Part shown: positions 1-10,242 of the stretch, in pieces
How the letters are laid out: each line of letters begins with the position of its first letter
Position numbering within the stretch: the first letter of the stretch is position 1
NCBI GenBank assembly: GCA_963674945.2
Contig: CAXXWQ010000004.1
Coordinates: 64,001-128,000 of the forward strand
Origin: an uncultured Desulfosarcina sp.
Lineage (GTDB): Bacteria > Desulfobacterota > Desulfobacteria > Desulfobacterales > Desulfosarcinaceae
DNA: 64,000 nucleotides
Direction: 5' to 3'
Translations under genes and position numbers: made by a program
Notes under the pieces: model-generated
What the model was told of the DNA's origin: nothing
Database searches by the model: none
The model's input: only the letters and a program-made list of their open reading frames with translations

Positions 1-819
1 AATCGTCCAGGTGGTGCCTTTTGCCGTATTTTCTCCCCATACGGCCGGCGTACAGCCCAGTTCAAGACCCAGGGCGGTGGTTAGCCGGAAACCCAGCGTC
101 ATGTCGAGCTTGGCCAGGTCATATTCTAGCGTACTTGTCGGATTTCCGAATGCATCTGTTTGATTATCCGCATTGTCCATGCTCACCAGGGCGTCGAGTT
201 TGGCCCGGACATAAAACTTTTTTCCCAGATCCGAACCAATCTCCACCAGATACCGGAATTCATCACTCGGGTCTTTATCGCGCCAGCGATACCCCGCTTC
301 CAGATTCATATAGCCCGGAATCAAAGGCCACAGGGACCGACCGTACATCAGACGCAGTTCATAATCATACTGGCCGTTTCCCAGGGGCATGGCATCTTCG
401 TCATCATAGAACTCAGGTATTTTGATCAATCCCTGCAAGGAAAAAACGCCTGGTTTTCCTGAGTATAACTGATACCGAAGACCAAGATCCATGTCTCCGA
501 TACCAGTTGTCTGGTAATTCCAGTAATCGTCATCCCGCTCGATATCCTTGTAATAAAAAGAACCGAAAACGGTCAAGGTATTCAGGATGCCGTACTCGCC
601 GTAATAATTTATGCTGTATTCGGTGAATTCCCCGTTATCCGCCATGGACTGACTGTCTCCGTCAGTGTTGAACTCTTTATCGGCAAAATAATAATTCCCC
701 GCCAATCGATGATAACTCTTACCCTGCTCCTGGGTCCATGCACCCGCAGACACAATTTCTGCACCCCAAAATACCATGCATACGGTAATCAAAATCCCGA
801 TGAACCATTTTATTTTCAT
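1..819 (-). CDS. Exported protein, probable outer-membrane beta-barrel (3' end runs off window)
   Basis: Not in ORF track because it is open at the edge. Manual translation MKIKWFIGILITVCMVFWGAEIVSAGAWTQEQGKSYHRLAGNYYFADKEF...GIGDMDLGLRYQL...PLGNGQYDYELRLMYGRS; signal peptide, alternating aromatic beta-strand pattern, GGGAG RBS upstream. Confidence 0.7.
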   Translation of the reverse strand, partial: MKIKWFIGILITVCMVFWGAEIVSAGAWTQEQGKSYHRLAGNYYFADKEFNTDGDSQSMADNGEFTEYSINYYGEYGILNTLTVFGSFYYKDIERDDDYWNYQTTGIGDMDLGLRYQLYSGKPGVFSLQGLIKIPEFYDDEDAMPLGNGQYDYELRLMYGRSLWPLIPGYMNLEAGYRWRDKDPSDEFRYLVEIGSDLGKKFYVRAKLDALVSMDNADNQTDAFGNPTSTLEYDLAKLDMTLGFRLTTALGLELGCTPAVWGENTAKGTTWTI

Positions 820-865
820 TTTTTGCTCCCACGTTCGGTGATAAAAAGTACGTCTTTGAATCCAC

Positions 866-2788
866 CTATTTTGACAAACCGAGTTCGTTTTCCCCTCCAC
901 GCTTCAACTTGCGCATGAGGAGAGGAATCATCGAAACCAAAGCGATCAGCAGCACACCAATGAGAAATGCAGGAGATACTTTCCCCTTGAACAGATCCAT
1001 CAGGGAACTCGAAAATACGATGAATGCGATACAAGCCGGCAGCATACAGATAAAGGACGTAACCGCATAAGGCAAAAACCGGATGGGGGTCAGGCCAAAG
1101 GCATAGTTCAGCAGATTAAACGGAAACAGTGGGACAAGACGGGTAAAAGCGACGATTTTCCAGCCGTTTTTCGCAACGCTTTCGTCCAGTTGTTTCCAGC
1201 GAGGACCGGTAAGTTTCGTGGCAACCCAGTCCCGCGCAATATAACGTGACACGAAAAATGAAAGGCTGGCCCCGGCAGTGGCACCGACAATGCTGTATAC
1301 GACACCCCAAAAGGGGCCGAACAAAATACCACCTGCAATTGTCAGGGGAAGGCCCGGCAGAAATAAGGCAGGGGTGATTGTATATAGCAAGACAAACGCC
1401 AGTGGTGCCAACGGGCCGAGAGATGCAACCCATTGCTGCAAGGTCTCGGAATCAAAGTTTCCAACGATTCCTGAATAACGAAGTCCCACAATGGCAGCAA
1501 TGATAATGAGCAAAACGATGAGTTTTGCTTTTCCTGCCTTGGCGGGTGCGCCGTTGACCGTCTCTTTTGTATCGAAAAGATAGGTCCGTTCCCTGAAAAC
1601 AGGGGCTGGATGATGCTTCTGCAGATACCGTTTCAATCGGATTCGGTTGAAATAGGTCAAGGGGGCTTTTGCGAACTTTCGTTTCCCTGCGGCAACGTCC
1701 TGGGGGAAGAAGACTGCATCCAGAATGTGATCCGTGGGCGTTTTTCTGTTTAAGAAACCCGCGCAACCCGCACAATAGGTGAGCAAGCGGTAACTTCCCG
1801 CCTCTTTTTTACGCCGTTCACTCCATTTGTCGGAAAATTCAGGCGCAACGAATCCCACCGCCCCCCCCTCACCGCAACACATGGCTTTTTTGCGGCTGTG
1901 TGGCATTTCGTCAATAACGTAGACACTGTTTGCAGCAAGTTTCCGTACCGCATCCTGGATCCCCTTCTCATTTCTCAGGACACAGGGATCATGGATGGCC
2001 ATGATCGGAGTGTTGCTTGCGGTATTCGGGCGAACGGCACGATCGTCCTGGGTTTCTGTCGTGTCATCAACGGAAAGGAGTTCGTATGCCGAAATTACGT
2101 GAAGGGTCTGGCCGTATGTTTTAAATACTTTATAACAATTGGGACAGACCACGATGACGGTTGTAACGCCATTATATGTCAGATAACCGCGCATTTCCGT
2201 GAACATGTCCTGGAAAAAATCTGTGCACCCCAGATCGTGAGATGACTTGCAGCAGCAGTCCAGAACAATGCCCAGTTTCGGTCGTGATTGTTTTAAATGC
2301 TCATAGAGGGCAATGGTTGTATCCATACGGGTTCCGGCAAATGTACAACCGGGAAACAGCACCGTGTCGCATCCGTCCGGCAAACTATACCACGAGTATT
2401 TTTTGGATACCCCACGTTGTTCATAGGCCATGATCCCCTTATGATTCGGTAGCGGTGCGATCCCACGTGCCACCGCTTCCCGACGCATTTCAAGAAACAT
2501 CTCCTCCGGAGATAGGCCCACAGGACAGGATGCACTGCAAAGACCGCACAGGCTGCAGTCGAAGGCCATCATCAGCCATGATGGATTGTCAGGGTCGAAA
2601 TTCTCGGCAATACATCCAGGAGACCCATTTTTTTGTAAAAAAGCACATTCCGCCGTACATTTTGGACATTTCACGCATTTTTCCGCGACGAGCGAAACCT
2701 GTGCGCTAAGGCGGTTGTGGGAAAAATTCTGCTGATCTGCAAGCCCATTCTCCATGCATTTTGCCGTAGAACTGGATTGAGTGTTCAT
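866..2788 (-). CDS. Fe-S oxidoreductase (2x[4Fe-4S] + CCG domains, HdrD/GlpC-like) fused to a C-terminal TVP38/DedA (VTT) membrane domain
   Basis: CVKCPKCTAEC and CSLCGLCSASCP ferredoxin motifs; FPGC, CCC, CPNC, HDPC, CCGEGG CCG-type motifs; C-terminal LFLPGLPLTIAGGILFG...RLVPLFPFNLLNY DedA/SNARE-associated signature. Confidence 0.85.
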   Translation of the reverse strand: MNTQSSSTAKCMENGLADQQNFSHNRLSAQVSLVAEKCVKCPKCTAECAFLQKNGSPGCIAENFDPDNPSWLMMAFDCSLCGLCSASCPVGLSPEEMFLEMRREAVARGIAPLPNHKGIMAYEQRGVSKKYSWYSLPDGCDTVLFPGCTFAGTRMDTTIALYEHLKQSRPKLGIVLDCCCKSSHDLGCTDFFQDMFTEMRGYLTYNGVTTVIVVCPNCYKVFKTYGQTLHVISAYELLSVDDTTETQDDRAVRPNTASNTPIMAIHDPCVLRNEKGIQDAVRKLAANSVYVIDEMPHSRKKAMCCGEGGAVGFVAPEFSDKWSERRKKEAGSYRLLTYCAGCAGFLNRKTPTDHILDAVFFPQDVAAGKRKFAKAPLTYFNRIRLKRYLQKHHPAPVFRERTYLFDTKETVNGAPAKAGKAKLIVLLIIIAAIVGLRYSGIVGNFDSETLQQWVASLGPLAPLAFVLLYTITPALFLPGLPLTIAGGILFGPFWGVVYSIVGATAGASLSFFVSRYIARDWVATKLTGPRWKQLDESVAKNGWKIVAFTRLVPLFPFNLLNYAFGLTPIRFLPYAVTSFICMLPACIAFIVFSSSLMDLFKGKVSPAFLIGVLLIALVSMIPLLMRKLKRGGENELGLSK

Positions 2789-3005
2789 AAGAAGATTCCT
2801 GGATGATTTTCGACAGTAATTTGCAAATGCTCTAAAAATGGTTTTGATTATGAAGATATCGTCGATTTGTCAAATTGATTGTTTCGATCCATCGTTGGTC
2901 AACAATTGAAAAAGCCCATCTGGAAAGAAAGCAGCCCAATGAGCGAAGCGCTTTTGCGGATATCTGACATTGGTAATTTCGATTGTTTTGATTTTCTATA
3001 TATAT

Positions 3006-4661
3006 CCTGAATCAGTGGCCTAATTTTTGCTGTTAGGATTGGCGCGGGGCGATTGCCTCACACACCATCATTTGTTGATAATTTTTCTCACTATTTTCAA
3101 ATTTCGAAGGAATTTTGCTCCTGTTTCTCATTCTTTAGCCATAGCAAATCACCAAGCAAATGCCTGTAAAATTGTTCTTTTAAAAATTATAGCTACTTCA
3201 TAGCGGAAAGCAAATTCAGACGAAGATAAATCCGATCCATCAGTTTGGAAAATGGATTGAGTTGGCCAAAGGATATGTACCATTTTCTACTTCTGGTTAC
3301 TAATCGACCGGCCATATACATCAAGTCCTGCATGACTGTCCGGATTCGACGCCGGGTAACTTTCTTCCGGCGTATACCGGGCAATTCAGTCGGATCACTC
3401 TCTTCGATGCTGATTTGTCCGATAATCCGTAGCATGTTGTACGTCAGCATCGCCAAATGAAGAATCAAGCTATTGGTGGAAAAATGACCGCTCGGCAAGC
3501 GCTCCAGGCCCATGTCGGATTTGAGTTCGGAGTGAAACTGCTCGCTGGTACCGTGATCGTGATAAAGTCGAATCACCTCATCCGGTGGCAACTGTGCGAG
3601 GCTGCACCAATAGGTATCGATCTGATACTCGGGGAACAGCAGTACTTGGCCCTTTTTGGTATGCCTTTCGGTAACCTCAAAGATGATTGGGTAGCGCAAT
3701 GGATTGCCGTTGATGTCTTCAATCGTCTTTCCGATCCATACACATTTTCCTGAGCGGCAATGCTGTTGCTTGCCGGATTTTTTTGCCAGATCAACCCACT
3801 TTTGAACAGATTCTCTACGCAAATTGCGTTTGATGATAAAGTGGACATTCTTTCGTGAATCGTCAGGAAAGTTGTCTTGACTGTCGTTTCCTGAATCCAA
3901 CCTCATCAAAATAGGCTGATCGGTAATTTGCCTGGCATAATCCAAGGTGGCGTTGATAAATTCGGGGGTGTTTTTCTGGCAGTGTTGTTTTCCTTCTCTG
4001 AACTCAAGATTCACCAGATACCCCTCGGTGCCCAGGTAGGCAAAGATCGGAGCGAAGCCATCCGTGCCTTTGTAGGTTCTGGAAACGCCTTCCTTTTGAG
4101 TCTTTGAGTTGTCAAACGGACTCACATCCATATCCAAAGGAAGGAAATCACCCGCACTGGTTTGGATGGGTGAAATCGCCGGAGCGCAGGATCGAACCAA
4201 ATCAACGCCTGCATCCTTAATCAGCTTATCGGCTTGGTTGCCGATCAAATCGATTCGCTGACGCAATGTCGGGCTTGACGGGCATGCACGATTGCCAATG
4301 GCCTTGTTGAAAAATTCTTGCTTCTCACGAAAAATCTCGATCGCATCGTAATCAGGTTTACCAATACTCATGAGAGCAATCATCGAAGCTAAAATGTCAC
4401 CATGAGAAATTTTCGGGTCTACACAATGGACGCCGTTGATCTTTTCGAAACGGAACCTGAAATTTATCGCATCAAGTAATGCGCCGATATTGATCAATCC
4501 GCTATGACTGGCAAGTTTTTCCATCTCGTGTTTTATGGTGATCGGACGCCGCATTGATTTCACCTCCGAAGTGAGCGTTTAGTGCCCTAATATTACCATA
4601 ATATATATGTTTTATCAATTGGTTATAGTGTTTTAATCAGGTTTTGTGCCACGGAAACAGG
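3006..4661 (-). mobile_element. IS1380-family insertion sequence, apparently complete (1656 bp)
   Basis: Imperfect terminal inverted repeats CCTGAATCAGTGGC (3006-3019) and revcomp CCTGTTTCCGTGGC (4648-4661), 11/14 identical; TATAT direct repeats at 3001-3005 and 4662-4666; single transposase inside. Confidence 0.8.
3193..4554 (-). CDS. IS1380-family DDE transposase
   Basis: LDMDVSPFDNSKTQKEGVSRTYKG, RLDSGND, YHDHGTSEQFHSELKSD motifs typical of IS1380; ATG at 4554 follows GGAGG. Confidence 0.9.
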   Translation of the reverse strand: MRRPITIKHEMEKLASHSGLINIGALLDAINFRFRFEKINGVHCVDPKISHGDILASMIALMSIGKPDYDAIEIFREKQEFFNKAIGNRACPSSPTLRQRIDLIGNQADKLIKDAGVDLVRSCAPAISPIQTSAGDFLPLDMDVSPFDNSKTQKEGVSRTYKGTDGFAPIFAYLGTEGYLVNLEFREGKQHCQKNTPEFINATLDYARQITDQPILMRLDSGNDSQDNFPDDSRKNVHFIIKRNLRRESVQKWVDLAKKSGKQQHCRSGKCVWIGKTIEDINGNPLRYPIIFEVTERHTKKGQVLLFPEYQIDTYWCSLAQLPPDEVIRLYHDHGTSEQFHSELKSDMGLERLPSGHFSTNSLILHLAMLTYNMLRIIGQISIEESDPTELPGIRRKKVTRRRIRTVMQDLMYMAGRLVTRSRKWYISFGQLNPFSKLMDRIYLRLNLLSAMK

Positions 4662-5350
4662 TATATATTAACGATTGGACTTTCTGGAACCTGCATCCTA
4701 TAAATTTTGCCTTGTATTTTATAAGGAGGATTGCGCCGCAACCGCACTCTCCGATGATTCCGTCGCATTGACGGGAACCCACAGATGCACAGTGATCTTT
4801 GTTGCGGATGAAACGCATGAAACCGAACGAATTTCACCCGGTGGCGACGGAGACATCCTGTGGGGCCGTTAAAGAAAATAGAAATGCCCCTACCCCGAAC
4901 ATATCGTGAGATTATTCGGAGATCGTAGTGGGTCGAAAATCGAGTCCATCGCCAGAGATGGTGGGACAAAATGTGTTTGACGAAAAAATTTCGCTAATCA
5001 TGCATAGGTTCTTCCTCCCTTGTGCCGTTAAGAGGCTTTTCTGGAGGAAGAACCTTTTTTATTACTCGCAGAAAGATATGGATTTATTATAAAATTAGAG
5101 ATTTTTACATTTATTTGTATTTTTGCTGTTTTCCTTATGAGGATTGAATTTTTTGATATGGGACTCGCTAAGGCAAAAGGAGGAATCGATGCCTTTCTTT
5201 CGGGAGAACCTTTCCCAAAAGGTTGCCCATACACAGGGTTAATGCAAGCATTCCTTGGTCATTGAGAATATCACCCTGATGCCAGAGGCAAGATCAAAAC
5301 CTTGTTCTAAGAAATTGAAGTTGTAAAACAGGTGTGGTAAGGCTTCACTC

Positions 5351-6844
5351 ATGCATAAGCAAATTCTCATTTTCTTTACTGTGGTTCACTTTGTGTCCAT
5401 GGCGGGATTAGCGGCGTACGGTCTTCATCGGCTCTGGATGATGTGGTGCCGGTTCCGGATCTCACCGGCTTCGCCCCCGGTTTTGAATCTGCCGCAAGCT
5501 ACGAGTCCCCTTGTTACGGTTCAGATTCCGCTATACAATGAGCCAAGAGTGGCGAGACGTATCATCGATGCGGTAGCAGCCCTGGACTGGCCCGAAGAGA
5601 AACTTCAGATCCAGGTACTGGATGATTCCAATGATGAGACACGTACCATCACAAGGCAACGAGCAGCGTTTTGGCGGCGAAAAGGAAAATGTATATCCGT
5701 AATTTGCCGGCACCATCGCATCGGATATAAGGCCGGTGCCCTTTCCGAAGGATTGAAACGGGCATCCGGTGAGTTTATTGCGGTCTTTGACGCGGATTTT
5801 GTACCGACGCCGGATTTTTTAAAAAAAACGATCCCTTACTTTGAGCGATCGAATATCGGGATGGTACAGGCCCGGTGGGCGTTTCTCAATGCGAACTACT
5901 CCTGGCTCACCCGACTCCAGGCCCTTTTGTTGTCGGCCCATTTTGGTATCGAACATCGTGTTCGCTGCCATCGCAGGCTATTTTTCAATTTCAACGGCAC
6001 TGCGGGAATCTGGCGAAAAAGAGCCATTGAATCCGCCGGCGGTTGGCAGTCGGATACCGTCACCGAAGATCTTGATCTGAGTTATCGGGCACAACTCATG
6101 GGATGGCGGTTTGTGTATGTCCATGATGTTCTTGTTCCTTCGGAACTTCCGGTAACTTTGGCGGATTTTCGCAGCCAGCAGGAAAGATGGAGCAAGGGGG
6201 CCATACAAACCGCAAGAAAACTCTTGCCCCGGGTGCTGTCCGCTTCCCTTCCCTTATCCGTTAAGTTGGAGGCGGTTGCCCATCTTCTGGCAAATTGTTG
6301 CTGGATATTCGGCTTCTCCGCCACGTTGACGCTTTACCCGGTACTGCTTCACCGCATCGGCATCGGCGTGCATCAGGTGTTGTGGATTGATCTCCCCTTA
6401 TTTGCATTTACGGGCGGTGTGGTACTATTTTATTATCTGGCGTATGGCCTAAAATCCGGGTTGCGGTCATCCCTTTTTGCCCTGCCGTTGTTACCGGCAG
6501 CCAGTATCGGCCTGGCCCCTTTTTTCTCACTCGCTGTGATAAAGGGAGTGATCCAAAAAGGCGGTGTGTTCACTCGCACCCCAAAGTTCGGAATTGTAGA
6601 AAACACGAACAGGCGATCATTTTATTTTTCCGGCCCCGAAAAATCTTTTTCCCATCTTCTTACGAATCTTTCCCTATTTACCTACATGCTGGCCCCGGTC
6701 TTTTTTTCATTTAACCGGGGGACCTGGCCGGCGGTGCCTTTTTTGTGCCTGTTTCCGGCCGGATTTCTTTTGATGATCGTTTGTGATCTTCAGGAATATG
6801 TTTCCGGGCGGCGAAAAAGAGTGAGCACCGGTTTATTAGATTAG
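5351..6844 (+). CDS. Membrane GT2 glycosyltransferase, cellulose-synthase-like
   Basis: QVLDDS, GYKAGAL, FDADF, TEDLDLS and QQERW (D,D,D,QxxRW) motifs; N- and C-terminal TM helices; FTRTPK. Confidence 0.9.
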   Translation: MHKQILIFFTVVHFVSMAGLAAYGLHRLWMMWCRFRISPASPPVLNLPQATSPLVTVQIPLYNEPRVARRIIDAVAALDWPEEKLQIQVLDDSNDETRTITRQRAAFWRRKGKCISVICRHHRIGYKAGALSEGLKRASGEFIAVFDADFVPTPDFLKKTIPYFERSNIGMVQARWAFLNANYSWLTRLQALLLSAHFGIEHRVRCHRRLFFNFNGTAGIWRKRAIESAGGWQSDTVTEDLDLSYRAQLMGWRFVYVHDVLVPSELPVTLADFRSQQERWSKGAIQTARKLLPRVLSASLPLSVKLEAVAHLLANCCWIFGFSATLTLYPVLLHRIGIGVHQVLWIDLPLFAFTGGVVLFYYLAYGLKSGLRSSLFALPLLPAASIGLAPFFSLAVIKGVIQKGGVFTRTPKFGIVENTNRRSFYFSGPEKSFSHLLTNLSLFTYMLAPVFFSFNRGTWPAVPFLCLFPAGFLLMIVCDLQEYVSGRRKRVSTGLLD

Positions 6845-6975
6845 AATGATAGCTTATTCACTATTTGTAACAAACTGGTAAAAAAATAACATCTTCTAAA
6901 GTATATGCCAAAAGATATTGATTCAACTTTCGCAAAACGTTTTCGCCAGCATGCTGTGCAGCTTATCTGTAATCG

Positions 6976-7851
6976 ATGAAATTACCCGATAATCTGAAAA
7001 ATATTTCTCCGGGACTTCCCGTTTGGGCGCAAATAATGGCAAGATTTTTGTTCTCGTTGCTCTATGTCTATGAACGATGCCGATCACGATTGCATTCCGG
7101 AGAGATGAAGAAAACCTTCTCTTCCCTGTCTGTGTCGGTGATCATACCGACCCTCAACGAAGAGAAAAATATCATCAAATGCATCCGCTCGGTTTCCGGC
7201 AACGGGCATGTTCTCGAAATCATCGTGGTGGATGCCGGCTCAAAGGATCAGACCCGCTTGTTTTCACGTGAGGCCGGCGCCCGTGTAATGATTCATGATC
7301 ACCCCATCGAAAACGGCGGTGGCCGGGGCGGGCAGATCAAAGCCGGAATACATTCCGCCAGAGGCGATGTGGTGGTGATCCTGCATGCCGATGCCATATT
7401 GCCGGATGCGGAAATCAATCGAATAATACAAAATCTCAACGAACATCCTTCCGTGATCGGCGGATCGGTAGGGTGTCGATTTACCTCGTCCAAACCTCAA
7501 TTTCGACTCATCGAGTTGGCCAATGATTTTAGGGCCGCCTTTCTTAAAATCAGTTTTGGCGATCAGGTACAGTTCTTTCGCAGACAGCCCGTGGTCGACC
7601 ATGATCTTTTTCCGGTAATTCCGTTAATGGAAGATGTCGAATTTTCCATAAGACTTCATCGTCTGGGACGGCAACTGCATCTGTTTGGCAATGTGATGGT
7701 TTCGAACAGGCGGTGGGAGAATGTCGGATTTAAAAACGCGCGGTGGATTTTTATGCAGGTTCTCAAATATCTGATAACGCGTCTGTGGTCAGTGCCGGAC
7801 ACGGCAAACCTGTATAAAAAATATTATAATACCGAACCATCTAAATCCTGA
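6976..7851 (+). CDS. GT2 glycosyltransferase, TIGR04283-like (rSAM/selenodomain-associated transferase 2 type)
   Basis: SVIIPTLNEE, VVDAGSKD, GRGGQI, LHADA, FGDQVQF, PLMEDVEF, SNRRW motifs. Confidence 0.75.
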   Translation: MKLPDNLKNISPGLPVWAQIMARFLFSLLYVYERCRSRLHSGEMKKTFSSLSVSVIIPTLNEEKNIIKCIRSVSGNGHVLEIIVVDAGSKDQTRLFSREAGARVMIHDHPIENGGGRGGQIKAGIHSARGDVVVILHADAILPDAEINRIIQNLNEHPSVIGGSVGCRFTSSKPQFRLIELANDFRAAFLKISFGDQVQFFRRQPVVDHDLFPVIPLMEDVEFSIRLHRLGRQLHLFGNVMVSNRRWENVGFKNARWIFMQVLKYLITRLWSVPDTANLYKKYYNTEPSKS

Positions 7852-7900
7852 TCCGTTTTACCCGGTCTGCGAACGGCCATTCCAACCGAAACTGATCGTT

Positions 7901-9334
7901 TCAAATTTTCTTGTACCTGCGGCAAGCTCGACAATCGCTCAACGCAGGTCCAATGATGGTGCCGATGGCAAGGGCACTGGCCGGTGCGATGACAACCAGA
8001 AGCGGGACCAGGTCGTCTTCCATCCATTGCCCTGTCAGGCCGTATAAAATTACCACACGGTAGGCAAGAAAGATGGACCAGGAAAAGACGATTCCGGCAG
8101 GTCCGGCGGCAAACGGGAGAAATGCGACCATATATAAGACATACCAGGGATGAAGCGTCGGCGTCAAAAATAGAAATGCCATGGCAGACAGGTAAAAACA
8201 CTTAGATATCTCTTGCATTCGGAAAAGAGAAGACGAATGGTCTGTTTTACAATGACGAACATAAATGATGACCAACGCGGTAACAAAGACGACGACAATG
8301 ACAAGGCGTGCCGCAACGCCCGATCCTGTCGCCACCCTCAGCCATCGGAAGAGGAACCCTGAAAACTCCCAGTTGGCAGCATATATGAATAAGGTATGAA
8401 AAGATGTTCGCACTTCCGGCCAGAAAAGGACGAACATTGCTGTTGAACTGATCAGAAATCCGAACACCATGTGCTTCCTGCTGCCTGAACCGGTTATCAG
8501 CAGAATTCCCGGCAAAAAAATCAGAGGGATCCATTTGGTTAACACCGCCAGGGAAAGAAAGATTCCCGCGGCACACCCCGGTAGCCACGCCCAATTGGAT
8601 ACAAAAATACCCCATGGTTTCCTTTTCGACCGATATACGGTGGGTTGGCTGGGTGCTTCATTGGAGAGCAGAATAAGAAGGGTCACGAGTAAAAAGAAAA
8701 TTGCCGCCGCGTCGACATGGCCGGATGCGGCAACTTCAATAACCGGCAGGGGATGCCAGGCATAAAGGATGGCGTTGGCGCGTGGCAGGCGAATCTTGTC
8801 GAGTATCCCGATAATAACAACACAACTGGATAGGTCAACCATGACAAGGCATAATTTCATTCCGGTAACATTGCCGATGAATGCACCAACGGCAAACACG
8901 AACTGTGCCGCAGGAGGATAAATGGTAAAAAGTTCCGCGTGATTGATCCGGCTGATGAGCAAAGCCATTGCCCGATTGTCGGTCAGCATTTCAGCGGGAG
9001 GGGCCGCATAGGGGTTGTGACCATCGAGAAACATCAGGCCGTCGAACAGATAGCGGTATATATCATCGGACAGCTCCGGTGCGCGAAATAAGAACAGGAA
9101 GCGCACGGTGGCGGCGATAAGAAGAATAAAACCGGCGGACCATTCAATTTGAATCCGCTGGCTGAGAAACAACGCCAGCGAAATAAGAATGATAATGACG
9201 GCGCTCACGGCAACAAGCTCCGGCACAAAATTTCGCAGATCAGGCAGTAACGCCAACAGTAGATATAAAAGGAAAATAACGAGGGGGAGGCTTTTAATAA
9301 CGAGTTGATTCCGGAATCGAAGGAAATTCGTCAT
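7901..9334 (-). CDS. GT-C fold membrane glycosyltransferase (GT87/DUF2029-like)
   Basis: LSDDIYRYLFDG, TIYPP, YAWHPL, SGHVD, HPWY motifs; multiple TM helices; ATG at 9334 starts just after the napH-like stop. Confidence 0.8.
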   Translation of the reverse strand: MTNFLRFRNQLVIKSLPLVIFLLYLLLALLPDLRNFVPELVAVSAVIIILISLALFLSQRIQIEWSAGFILLIAATVRFLFLFRAPELSDDIYRYLFDGLMFLDGHNPYAAPPAEMLTDNRAMALLISRINHAELFTIYPPAAQFVFAVGAFIGNVTGMKLCLVMVDLSSCVVIIGILDKIRLPRANAILYAWHPLPVIEVAASGHVDAAAIFFLLVTLLILLSNEAPSQPTVYRSKRKPWGIFVSNWAWLPGCAAGIFLSLAVLTKWIPLIFLPGILLITGSGSRKHMVFGFLISSTAMFVLFWPEVRTSFHTLFIYAANWEFSGFLFRWLRVATGSGVAARLVIVVVFVTALVIIYVRHCKTDHSSSLFRMQEISKCFYLSAMAFLFLTPTLHPWYVLYMVAFLPFAAGPAGIVFSWSIFLAYRVVILYGLTGQWMEDDLVPLLVVIAPASALAIGTIIGPALSDCRACRRYKKI

Positions 9335-9342
9335 TGTCAATC

Positions 9343-10242
9343 TTAATTTGCATAAAAATTCTTTACGCCATGTAGAACATGATAATTGATGGCTTGCCTG
9401 GGGCACCGGTCGACACATAGCCCGCAATTATCGCATAATGCCCAATTAAATTCTGATGGATTGCTTTTTAGTAAACTCGGATCAAGCCCCACGGGGCATA
9501 TTTTTGCACATTCTCTGCATTGAATGCATTTTTCGTTTTCAAGACCGATTCTTACGATGCGCCCCCTTCCAAGAAGGGAAAGACCTCCCCCGGAAGGACA
9601 GAAATACCTGCACCATCCGCGTCGAAGCGCAAATAGATCCAGTAACAATACGAGTGTTAATAATCCTGCACCCGCAATGCTGAGGCGATGATGACTAAAC
9701 AGGTTGATCAATTCACGTCCCAAGGCATGAGGAGGATCGAAGACAGAAATTAAAGCCATTTTCCCAAAAAAACCGACGGCCAGAAGCCCCCCTAAGGCGA
9801 TAAAACGAAAATCCTTTATTTCCAAGGCCTTTTTCCAGACAGCACCTCTCCACCGATCGGGTATCTTCATCAGCAGTTCGAGCAAAAATCCCATGGGACA
9901 AAGCCATGAACAGAACACGCGGCCAAACAAAATCGTAATTCCCAGAGGAAGCAATGCCGCTATGAAAAAAGGCATAATCACTCTTCTATATGACGACACG
10001 GATTCTATAAAGGCAATTGGATGACAAATAAAAAACCCATTGATGGATAAACACCATGTGTCGCCACTTATCGGGAAAATTGTTGGTGGCGGCAGATGTC
10101 CCATGACGATGGACGACGGTGACCAATCAGAAGGATTTTGAGAGAAAAAAGGAACAGCGATAATCGTCAGCAGCATCAGAAGCTGAGTCGTTCGCCTGAT
10201 ATGCGTTATTGTGAGGCCTTTCTTTTTCCTTCTATTTTTCAC
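9343..10242 (-). CDS. NapH/MauN-like membrane polyferredoxin (quinol dehydrogenase membrane subunit)
   Basis: GRVFCSWLCPMG, RGWCRYFCPSG, two C-terminal CxxCxxCxxxCP; GTG start overlaps the upstream stop (GTGA). Confidence 0.85.
   Translation of the reverse strand: MKNRRKKKGLTITHIRRTTQLLMLLTIIAVPFFSQNPSDWSPSSIVMGHLPPPTIFPISGDTWCLSINGFFICHPIAFIESVSSYRRVIMPFFIAALLPLGITILFGRVFCSWLCPMGFLLELLMKIPDRWRGAVWKKALEIKDFRFIALGGLLAVGFFGKMALISVFDPPHALGRELINLFSHHRLSIAGAGLLTLVLLLDLFALRRGWCRYFCPSGGGLSLLGRGRIVRIGLENEKCIQCRECAKICPVGLDPSLLKSNPSEFNWALCDNCGLCVDRCPRQAINYHVLHGVKNFYAN

Noticed and set aside
4662..5340. Short ORFs (e.g. MHSDLCCG-TGA) and hairpins suggesting a small selenopeptide or riboswitch
   Set aside because: A second TGA follows within three codons, there is no SECIS or properly spaced RBS, and I could not match any riboswitch consensus by eye.
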